32,000 nt of DNA from Bacillota bacterium (GTDB taxonomy: Bacteria; Bacillota; Clostridia; TANB77; CAG-465), in assembly GCA_023410645.1 (NCBI GenBank), contig JAEYPQ010000029.1, positions 5,298 to 37,297 on the forward strand, given 5' to 3'. A program made the position numbers and the translations under genes. Every line of letters begins with the position of its first letter. Within the stretch, counting starts at the first letter, position 1. Below are positions 24,519 to 32,000 of this stretch, one piece after another. Under the pieces are notes generated by a model, which made no database searches, was not told the origin of the DNA, and saw only the letters and a list, made by a program, of their open reading frames with translations.

Positions 24519-24618
24519 GTATTATGTAAATCAATAGCCCGATGTTTTAGTTATATCAAATAAATATGTATAATTTTTGTTCAAATATGAAATAATTTAT
24601 AATAAGTTAAAATTTACT

Positions 24619-24647
24619 ATTAACTTTTTAAGTAATCTGTGGTATAA
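24619..24647 (+). promoter_or_regulatory. Extended -10 promoter for the 194-aa gene
   Basis: TTAACT (24619-24624), a 17-nt spacer ending in TGg, then TATAAT (24642-24647). Confidence 0.5.
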
Positions 24648-24675
24648 TATACAAGACTTTTAAGGAGGAATTTCT

Positions 24676-25260
24676 TTGGAAAACCTATACATTTATGTAC
24701 AAAAGGAAAATCTTGATAATATTTCAAAATACGGAATGAAATTATCTGAATATGCAAATAAAATATTATCCATTTCAAATAATGAAAAAAAAGGAATTGT
24801 TGCTTTTTTATCACCAAAAGATACTCCATTATATATTGATGAAGATTATATATGTTTAAGAATTAACACAAAAAATCTAAACATAATTATATATAACAGT
24901 ATTTGTGAAAACACTAGTTTTTTTAACCAATTTATATGTAAATTTGATGATTATACTTTAGGAAGCTATGAAGATCCTGTTGCACTTATTTGTTCTTCAA
25001 TTTTACCTGAGAATATATTTACATATAACAAAATAATAGATTTACCATTAATAGTTGAAAACTCTAAAGATTATTATTACGAAAAATCTATCAATTATAT
25101 GATAGAAAATAATAAATTTACAAAATTTGAATTATATCAAATGCTTTTAATTTTAGGTGAACAAAAGAAAGTATTTGATAGTGAAACTACAGGAGAAAAA
25201 CTTAGAATCTACAAGGATAAAGTATCCGGTAAAAAATACACAAAAAAAAGTAGCTTTTAG
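24676..25260 (+). CDS. Hypothetical 194-aa protein
   Basis: It starts at TTG, 7 nt after an AAGGAGG SD. It has no TM segment and no motif I recognise. Its 3' end overlaps the convergent gene by 4 nt. Confidence 0.6.
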   Translation: MENLYIYVQKENLDNISKYGMKLSEYANKILSISNNEKKGIVAFLSPKDTPLYIDEDYICLRINTKNLNIIIYNSICENTSFFNQFICKFDDYTLGSYEDPVALICSSILPENIFTYNKIIDLPLIVENSKDYYYEKSINYMIENNKFTKFELYQMLLILGEQKKVFDSETTGEKLRIYKDKVSGKKYTKKSSF

Positions 25261-25269
25261 CTACTTTTT
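25245..25269. terminator. Bidirectional hairpin spanning the overlapping stop codons of two convergent genes
   Basis: AAAAAGTAGC-TTTTA-GCTACTTTTT is a perfect 10-bp stem. The TAG stop (25258-25260, + strand) and the TAA stop (25259-25257, - strand) both lie inside it. Confidence 0.6.
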
Positions 25270-26453
25270 TCTGATAAAATTACTTCATCATAAATTCTTA
25301 TAGAATTGTTATTCTCTATTCCAAGTTCATTTTTTTTATCATCATCCATATTTTTTACTATATATATACTATCTGTATTTGCAACAATTTGTATTGGAAT
25401 ATTAATGTAGTCCCCATTTTTTAATATTCTTACAAATTGATATTTTCCGTCATCACTATTATTTATTGCAGCTTCAGGAACTGCCATACCGCTATATTTA
25501 GTCCATATTATTTCCATACTAACTTCTCTATTATCTCCAAAGTTCTCAATTCCATTATTTACTTCGAAAATACAATAGTTATAATCTGCTGTCTTTATAT
25601 TCTTAACAAGTTTTCCACTTATATCTTGATTGTTTTCTACTATCCTTATCGTATAAGTGCTTCCCTCCTTTATAAATTTATCATTTTCATCTATATTTTT
25701 CTTCACAATTACATATGCATTATAATTGTTAATTACTTTTACTCCAAATTTATTATTTGAATTATCTTCATAAGATTTCATGATTTTATCTAAATCAGAT
25801 GTAGTATAATTGAATACATCATCAATACTATATTTATTTTCTAGATCATCAATTTTATATGATACGATACCAGATTTTATAGCTTTTATATTATCAGCTG
25901 CATCTTTACTTTTTTCTTCTAAATCTTCTCTTTGTGTTATTAATTCTCTTATTTTAGAACCTGCTGGGCTAAGTTCTCCTAGAACTAATACTTTTTTATA
26001 TGAAAGTTCATCTAATTTTGCTTTATATTCTTGCATTTTAACATATGAAGTAGTATTTTTTGATTCTGTTATTATGTCTGAGATCTGTGAATCTATATTT
26101 GATACCTCATTTGAATATACTAGGGGAAGATCTTTTATAAGAGACTGAATTTCCATATCCATTTTAGAAATTTGATCTGAAAATTCTTCATATTTATTAT
26201 TTTTATAAACAGCAATCGTATCATCTTTTGCAACTCTTTTATATTGCTCAATTATAGGTACTATTACACTTGATTCATTTATATCTATTGTTGTCTCACT
26301 CTTTAAAATACAACCAACTGTATCAAGAGTCTTTTCAATATTTCCATTTACTATAGTATATTTCTCTAAATTATTAAAAAATGTATTATATGTAATAATA
26401 CCAATTACTATAAAAAATATAAAAAGAATTAATAATAATCTCTTATTTTTCAT
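25257..26453 (-). CDS. Membrane-anchored HlyD/membrane-fusion-like protein (tentative)
   Basis: A 398-aa ORF with an N-terminal TM helix. It shows a lipoyl-like hairpin (VNGNIEK...GCILKSE...VAKDDTIAVY), a long central coiled coil and a beta-rich C-terminus. This is adaptor-protein architecture, called from pattern only. Confidence 0.45.
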   Translation of the reverse strand: MKNKRLLLILFIFFIVIGIITYNTFFNNLEKYTIVNGNIEKTLDTVGCILKSETTIDINESSVIVPIIEQYKRVAKDDTIAVYKNNKYEEFSDQISKMDMEIQSLIKDLPLVYSNEVSNIDSQISDIITESKNTTSYVKMQEYKAKLDELSYKKVLVLGELSPAGSKIRELITQREDLEEKSKDAADNIKAIKSGIVSYKIDDLENKYSIDDVFNYTTSDLDKIMKSYEDNSNNKFGVKVINNYNAYVIVKKNIDENDKFIKEGSTYTIRIVENNQDISGKLVKNIKTADYNYCIFEVNNGIENFGDNREVSMEIIWTKYSGMAVPEAAINNSDDGKYQFVRILKNGDYINIPIQIVANTDSIYIVKNMDDDKKNELGIENNNSIRIYDEVILSEKSS

Positions 26454-26474
26454 ACTTTCTCCTTAAAATGTAAA

Positions 26475-27404
26475 TTATAAATCTTTTATTATAATATCGA
26501 CTAAATTTTCTCTATTATCTTTTGGACTAAGCCATATAACATTTAATTTATTTTTAAACCACGTAATTTGCCTTTTTGCATATTTCCTTGTTTCTTGCTT
26601 TAAATTCTGAATACAATTTTCCAAAGAATCCTCTCCTCTAATATATGGAAATAATTCTTTATATCCTATTGCTTGCATACATGTTGAGTCATCAGGCAAT
26701 TTCATGTTGTATACAATTGTCGCTTCATTCAATAGTCCATCTTGAATCATCATATCTACTCTTTTATTTATTCTTTCATATAATTTTTCTCTATCGTAAT
26801 CTATTGCATAAATTTTAAAATTATATTTCGCATTGTTTTGCTCAATTCTGCTTTTTTCTTCATCTATATGTAGAGATTTAATTTTATCAGAATTTTTTGC
26901 TATTTCAAGAGCTCTTATTACACGTTTAATATTATTTGGATGGATTTTTTGTGCTTCTTCAATATCTATTTCTTTTAACATATTATACACATATTCATTT
27001 GATTTATCTTTTGCAAGATTATATAAATAATTTCGATATTTCTCATCTATCTCTTGTTCATCAAACTGCATATCATTAACTATAGCACTTATATATAATC
27101 CAGTCCCACCAACAACAATTGGAGTTTTTCCCCTTGAAATAATATCATATATTTTATCATAGCACATTTGCTTAAAATCTGCAACACTAAATTTTTGTAT
27201 AGGATCGCAAATATCAATTAGATGATGAGGTATACCTTGTGCCTCATCATCTGTAATTTTTGCTGTACCTATATTTAGACCTTTATATATCTGCATTGAA
27301 TCTGCAGATATTATTTCACCATTTACTCGCTTTGCTAGATCTACACTAAGCCCAGTTTTACCTGACGCAGTTGGACCTACAATACATATAACAGTTGGTT
27401 TCAT
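26475..27404 (-). CDS. miaA: tRNA dimethylallyltransferase
   Basis: The P-loop is IVGPTASGKT, with SADSMQIYKGLNIGTAK and GGTGLY. It lies downstream of mutL, in conserved synteny. Confidence 0.93.
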   Translation of the reverse strand: MKPTVICIVGPTASGKTGLSVDLAKRVNGEIISADSMQIYKGLNIGTAKITDDEAQGIPHHLIDICDPIQKFSVADFKQMCYDKIYDIISRGKTPIVVGGTGLYISAIVNDMQFDEQEIDEKYRNYLYNLAKDKSNEYVYNMLKEIDIEEAQKIHPNNIKRVIRALEIAKNSDKIKSLHIDEEKSRIEQNNAKYNFKIYAIDYDREKLYERINKRVDMMIQDGLLNEATIVYNMKLPDDSTCMQAIGYKELFPYIRGEDSLENCIQNLKQETRKYAKRQITWFKNKLNVIWLSPKDNRENLVDIIIKDL

Positions 27405-27418
27405 CTTATCATTCCTTT

Positions 27419-29374
27419 TTATTTTCTTAAAAATCTTCTTTCTATTTCATATTTTGAAATTTCATAAGCAGTTGGTCTTCCATGTGGACATGTAAATGGT
27501 CTTTCAAGTTTAATCATCTCTGAAATTAATGCTTTTTGCTCTTTTTCATCAAGTTTCATATTTCCCTTTACTGCTGCCTTACATGCAACTGTGGCAAGAA
27601 ATCTAAATTCTTTTTCGCTTTTCTCTGTTTTCATTGCTCCAAGTAATTCATCAATTATATCCTTAAACATTGATTTATATTCAATATCATATCCTATGTT
27701 TGGAACACCCGATATTTTAATTGCATTATCACCAAAATCATCTATAATAAATCCAGTTTTTTCAAACATTTCAATGTTTTCATCAACAGCACTTTTTTCT
27801 TTAGATGTAAGCTCAACAAGTATTGGAATAAGTAGTAGTTGACTTTGTCTATCTTTAGAATAATAATTAGATTTAATTTGTTCATATAATAATCTTTCAT
27901 GTGCTGCATGTTGATCAATAATATACATTTTATCTTTTATCTGTATAATTATATAGGTATCGAAAACTTGTCCAACATATTTATATGCTAATTCCTCCAT
28001 TTGAGGTAAATTTGGTAGTGTATCGATATTATTCATTTCAACTTGTACATTAGGTATAAAATCTTGTTTTTGAACATTATTTTCAATAGTTTCTTCAATT
28101 CTATCTTCCTTTAATGAAACATCATTAACTAAATTATCTTTTATTTCATATACATCATCTGATTTAGAAATCTCAGAATCAAATCTTTTAGGGACATAAT
28201 TTAATTCAAAATTATTAGATGAATTAGAAGATTGTTCTTTTTCTGCTTCACTTTTAGAACCTACATTATCATTTTCCACATTACTTGAAAAAATATTATT
28301 AGGTTTAGCATAATTATTAACATTATTAACAAAACTAGTTACTTTTCTTTCTTCAATAATATTTGTAAAAGGACTATCTTCTTTTTGTTTTTTCTCTAGT
28401 GCTGTTTTTACGGCAGCATAAACAGCTTGAAAAATTTGGCTCTCATTTTCAAATTTTATTTCTAATTTTGCTGGATGAACATTTACATCTATATGAGTAG
28501 GATTTATATTTAAGTTAATAACTGCAAAAGGAAATTTATTAATTGCAAATTTTTCAGCGCAAGCTTTATCTAAAGCACTAGTAATTGTCTTATCTTTTAT
28601 AAATCTTGAATTTACAAAAGTAAATTGGTGCATTCTTGTTGATCTAGATATTTGTGGTAAACCAATCATACCACTTACAGAAATGCCATCAAATTCATAT
28701 TCAAGTGGTATTACATTTTGATATATTTCTTTTCCAAATATATCATAAATAGTAGAATGTAGATCACCTTTTCCAGATGTTTGAATTACCACTTTTGAAT
28801 TACTTACATATTTAAAACTAATATGTGGATTTGCAAGTGCAATCCTTATAATAACATCTTCTATATACCCTGCTTCAGTATAATCTTTTTTTAAAAATTT
28901 AAATCTTGCTGGAACATTATAAAATATATCTTGTATTTCAATTTTTGTTCCTTGTGTTGTTGCTGTTTGGTTTATATATTCAAATTTTCCAGCACTTACT
29001 TTAGCTATTGAACCAATTTCCTCGTCTTTATTTTTTGTAGTTAAAGTAACTTTTGAAATAGCCGCAATTGAGGCAAGAGCCTCACCCCTAAACCCCATTG
29101 AAGTTATTTTTAACAAATCTTCTTCCTGTCTTATTTTACTTGTTGCATGTCTTTCAAATGCCATTTCTATATCATCAGAATGAAATCCTACTCCATTATC
29201 AACAATTTTTATATAGGCTATTCCACCATTTCTAATTTCAACAGTAATTGCAGTGGCACCTGCATCAATTGAATTTTCAACTAATTCTTTTACAATTGAT
29301 GATGGTCTATCAACAACCTCCCCAGCTGCTATTTTATTTACTGTATGTTCATCTAATAATATTATATTTCCCAT
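27419..29374 (-). CDS. mutL: DNA mismatch repair protein MutL
   Basis: The GHKL ATPase N-terminus is NKIAAGEVVDRPSSIVKELVENSIDAG, with DNGVG and GFRGEAL. The C-terminal endonuclease motif is DQHAAHERLLYE. I prefer the ATG at 29374 (AGGAGGTG SD 6 nt upstream) over the track's GTG at 29383, which lies inside the SD. Confidence 0.93.
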   Translation of the reverse strand: MGNIILLDEHTVNKIAAGEVVDRPSSIVKELVENSIDAGATAITVEIRNGGIAYIKIVDNGVGFHSDDIEMAFERHATSKIRQEEDLLKITSMGFRGEALASIAAISKVTLTTKNKDEEIGSIAKVSAGKFEYINQTATTQGTKIEIQDIFYNVPARFKFLKKDYTEAGYIEDVIIRIALANPHISFKYVSNSKVVIQTSGKGDLHSTIYDIFGKEIYQNVIPLEYEFDGISVSGMIGLPQISRSTRMHQFTFVNSRFIKDKTITSALDKACAEKFAINKFPFAVINLNINPTHIDVNVHPAKLEIKFENESQIFQAVYAAVKTALEKKQKEDSPFTNIIEERKVTSFVNNVNNYAKPNNIFSSNVENDNVGSKSEAEKEQSSNSSNNFELNYVPKRFDSEISKSDDVYEIKDNLVNDVSLKEDRIEETIENNVQKQDFIPNVQVEMNNIDTLPNLPQMEELAYKYVGQVFDTYIIIQIKDKMYIIDQHAAHERLLYEQIKSNYYSKDRQSQLLLIPILVELTSKEKSAVDENIEMFEKTGFIIDDFGDNAIKISGVPNIGYDIEYKSMFKDIIDELLGAMKTEKSEKEFRFLATVACKAAVKGNMKLDEKEQKALISEMIKLERPFTCPHGRPTAYEISKYEIERRFLRK

Positions 29375-29399
29375 AAATTTCACCTCCTAAATTAAATTT

Positions 29400-32000
29400 C
29401 TAATTTAATTTTTCTTTTAATTTATATAAAACTTCTAAAGCATCTTTTGGTGTAAGTTCATCTAGATCTGTTTTTTCTAATATTTTAGTTATTTCAGCCA
29501 TCTTGTAATTAAACATATCTACTTGTATTTCCTCAGTTGTAATTTTCTTCTTTTTCTCATCTATTGTCTTTTTAGCAAGTCCTATATTTTCAAGATTTTG
29601 TAGTATTTCCTTAGCTCTTTTAATTATAGAACTTTTAATTCCTGCAAGCTTTGCAACATGTATACCATATGATTCATCAGCTCCACCACGAACTATTTTT
29701 CTTAAGAAGATAACATCTTCACCTTTTTCTTTTACAGCAATGGAGTAGTTCTTTACTCCATCTAACTTATCTTCAAGTTCAGTTAATTCATGATAATGGG
29801 TAGCAAACAATGTTTTTGCGCCAATATTTTCTTTATTTGCAATATGTTCTACTGTTGCCCAAGCTATAGAAAGTCCATCATAAGTTGATGTACCTCTACC
29901 AATTTCATCTAGTATTAAAAGACTATTTTCAGTTGCATTTTCAATTATGTTTGACAACTCTTGCATTTCAACCATAAATGTAGATTGTCCCATTGCAAGA
30001 TCATCTGAGGCACCGATTCTTGTAAATATTCTATCAACAATTGATATGTGAGCCTCATCAGCTGGAACAAAACTTCCTATTTGTGCCATATATGTTGTAA
30101 GTGCTACTTGCCTCATATATGTTGATTTACCAGCCATATTAGGACCAGTTATAATTAAGAATCTATCATCCTTATTATTTAAAATTACGTCATTTGGTAT
30201 GAATTCTGTATCCTTTAATGCTTTTTCTACCACTGCATGTCTGCCATTTGTTATATTTATTTCTCCATTTGTTGTAATTTCAGGCTTAATATATCTATTA
30301 TCAATTGCAACTGTTGAAAAAGAACACAAAACATCAAGTGTAGATATGATTCTTGCTGTCTTTTGTACACGAATTACTTCAAAAGCAATCTTTTCTCTTA
30401 TTTCACAGAATAAATTATATTCTAAATCAACTAATTTATCTTTGGCTCCAAGTATTTTATCCTCAATTTCCTTTAACTCTTCTGTAATATATCTTTCTGC
30501 ACCAGCTAAAGTTTGTTTTCTTATATACCTATCTTCTGGTATAAGATCTCTATACGAATTTGTAACTTCAATATAGTATCCAAAAACTCTGTTATATCCA
30601 ACTCTTAGCCATTTACCTTTAATTCCAGTTCTTTCCTTCTCTTTGGCCTCAAGTTCCATCAACCAGTCTTGTCCTTCAGTAGAGGCTCTTCTATATTCAT
30701 CTACGAACTCATTATATCCACTTTTAATAATTCCGCCTTCCTTAATTGTAATTCCAGGATATTCAACTATAGAATTATCAATTAAATTATATATATCCTC
30801 TAATACATCTAACTCTTGTAGTAATTCATATAGGTATTTATCTTTACTTACATTTACAATGTCGGTTAATGTAGCCTTCAGAGAAGGTAGCTTCTCAAGT
30901 GAATTTTTAAGAGATACCATTTCTCTTGCGTTTGCACTAGTACCTACAATCTTGGAAATTATACGTTCAATATCATATACAGTCTTTAATGTATCCATTA
31001 AATCCATCCTGTAAATATTATTTTCTATTAAAGAACTAACTGCATTCAATCTTTTTTCAATTTCTTCTTTTTCAAGTAAAGGTGATTCTAACCATTTTCT
31101 AAGAAGTCTACTTCCCATTGCAGTTACAGTATTATCAAGTACCCAAAGAAGGCTACCTTTTTTTGTCTTTTCTCTATTCGATTCTAAAATTTCTAAGTTC
31201 CTTCTTGTTGAAGTATCAAGTTGCATAAATTTCTCTATCTGATACTTTTGAATGTTATTTAGCTGTTCAATACTTGTTTTTTGAGTTTCCTCTACATAAT
31301 TTAAGAGTAAAGTTGAAGCCAAATATTCTATATCATTAAGTTTAACTTCTGTATCATTTATTACTTTGGTTAGATATTTATTCTCTCCTAAATTTTCATA
31401 ATTTGAAATATATATATTAAAGTTTTTACTAATTGTTCTTGATAATATTTTTCCAGCCTTATCCTTATCTGGTATTAATATTTCTGATGGACTTATTCTT
31501 GAAATTTCATTAATTACCTTAATATCAATATCATTTCCAGACATACTTGATACTAAGAAATCTCCTGTAGATACATCACAAAAAGCAATTCCACATTCAT
31601 TTTTCTTTTCTATAATTGCAAGTACATAATTATTCTTTTTTTCATCAAGCATGGCAAGCTCAGTTATTGTTCCTGGTGTAACTATTTTTACAACATCGCG
31701 TTTTACAATTCCTTTTGCATCCTTTGGATCCTCAACTTGTTCGCATATTGCTACTTTATAGCCTTTTTCAACCATTTTTTGTATATATGGATTTATTGCA
31801 TGATACGGAATACCACACATTGGTGCTCTTTCTTCAAGTCCGCAATCTTTTCCAGTAAGAGTAAGTTCTAATTCCCTACTACATATTACAGCTTGTTCAA
31901 AAAACATTTCATAGAAATCACCTAATCTATAAAAAACAATACAATCTTTATACTTTTCAACAGTTTCCATATACTGTTGCATCATTGGTGTAAGTGCCAT
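29400..32000 (-). CDS. mutS: DNA mismatch repair protein MutS
   Basis: An 866-aa ORF whose N-terminus MALTPMMQQY is the canonical MutS start. It has the mismatch-binding GDFYE motif, Walker A GPNMAGKSTYMRQ and Walker B LILDEIGRGTSTYDG. The ATG is the last three bases of the window. Confidence 0.95.
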   Translation of the reverse strand: MALTPMMQQYMETVEKYKDCIVFYRLGDFYEMFFEQAVICSRELELTLTGKDCGLEERAPMCGIPYHAINPYIQKMVEKGYKVAICEQVEDPKDAKGIVKRDVVKIVTPGTITELAMLDEKKNNYVLAIIEKKNECGIAFCDVSTGDFLVSSMSGNDIDIKVINEISRISPSEILIPDKDKAGKILSRTISKNFNIYISNYENLGENKYLTKVINDTEVKLNDIEYLASTLLLNYVEETQKTSIEQLNNIQKYQIEKFMQLDTSTRRNLEILESNREKTKKGSLLWVLDNTVTAMGSRLLRKWLESPLLEKEEIEKRLNAVSSLIENNIYRMDLMDTLKTVYDIERIISKIVGTSANAREMVSLKNSLEKLPSLKATLTDIVNVSKDKYLYELLQELDVLEDIYNLIDNSIVEYPGITIKEGGIIKSGYNEFVDEYRRASTEGQDWLMELEAKEKERTGIKGKWLRVGYNRVFGYYIEVTNSYRDLIPEDRYIRKQTLAGAERYITEELKEIEDKILGAKDKLVDLEYNLFCEIREKIAFEVIRVQKTARIISTLDVLCSFSTVAIDNRYIKPEITTNGEINITNGRHAVVEKALKDTEFIPNDVILNNKDDRFLIITGPNMAGKSTYMRQVALTTYMAQIGSFVPADEAHISIVDRIFTRIGASDDLAMGQSTFMVEMQELSNIIENATENSLLILDEIGRGTSTYDGLSIAWATVEHIANKENIGAKTLFATHYHELTELEDKLDGVKNYSIAVKEKGEDVIFLRKIVRGGADESYGIHVAKLAGIKSSIIKRAKEILQNLENIGLAKKTIDEKKKKITTEEIQVDMFNYKMAEITKILEKTDLDELTPKDALEVLYKLKEKLN

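Noticed and set aside
24354-24829. ORFs 24354-24563 (+) and 24620-24829 (-)
   Set aside because: They overlap the 5' ends and promoter regions of the better-supported 99-aa and 194-aa genes. They have no SD and run across the consensus promoter elements.
29375-29383. GTG start of mutL at 29383
   Set aside because: The GTG is part of the AGGAGGTG Shine-Dalgarno sequence. The ATG at 29374 gives the canonical MutL N-terminus (MGNIILLDE...).
4417-31014. All other opposite-strand track ORFs nested in long genes: 4417-4692, 7678-7962, 7990-8184, 8148-8363, 8669-8851, 9589-9774, 10133-10402, 12998-13339, 13978-14181, 16952-17134, 17828-18067, 18149-18361, 18758-18970, 19865-20101, 21435-21620, 25437-25760, 25810-26148, 26833-27030, 27591-27842, 30199-30576 and 30643-31014
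   Set aside because: Each is antisense to a well-supported CDS. They lack ribosome-binding sites and encode low-complexity hydrophobic strings. I treat them as shadow ORFs.
1-32000. Search for CRISPR arrays, rRNA genes, riboswitch or T-box leaders, transposases and integrases
   Set aside because: I saw no regularly spaced direct repeats, no rRNA signatures and no long structured leaders; the intergenic regions are short. No ORF has DDE, tyrosine-recombinase or serine-recombinase motifs.

Overview
This is a very AT-rich chromosomal segment from a low-GC Firmicute. The synteny looks Clostridia-like: ffs-dnaX-ybaB-recR, mutS-mutL-miaA, a yabE-like gene next to rsmA, and a dnaD/dnaC-like pair. 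Almost all genes lie on the minus strand. The core content I can support is: recR (partial), ybaB, dnaX, a short SRP RNA, RNase P RNA, gyrA with no adjacent gyrB, a CbpA-like J-protein, a DnaD-domain protein plus a DnaC/DnaI-like loader, a tRNA-Lys/Glu/Thr cluster, rsmA, a G5/lytic-transglycosylase protein, lemA-htpX, dut, miaA, mutL and mutS. Two compact type-IV-secretion-related modules sit among these core genes. (1) At 3.5-6.5 kb there is a self-contained 3-gene operon with its own promoter and terminator, encoding two unknown small proteins followed by a canonical VirD4/TraG-type coupling ATPase. (2) At 15.7-19.1 kb there is a tightly packed 4-gene operon encoding a divergent membrane-anchored coupling-type ATPase, a Maff2/VirB2-like two-TM protein, a VirB6-like polytopic protein and a PrgI/TcpE (VirB3)-like protein. 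This operon ends exactly where a VirB4 ATPase normally follows. I found no VirB4, relaxase, integrase, dedicated hydrolase or flanking repeats anywhere in the 32 kb. These intact, promoter-equipped but incomplete T4SS modules are the most unusual content. Several small orphan genes are also flagged, notably a 99-aa gene behind a perfect consensus promoter. All homology calls come from reading the translations and recalling family motifs; no database search was possible.
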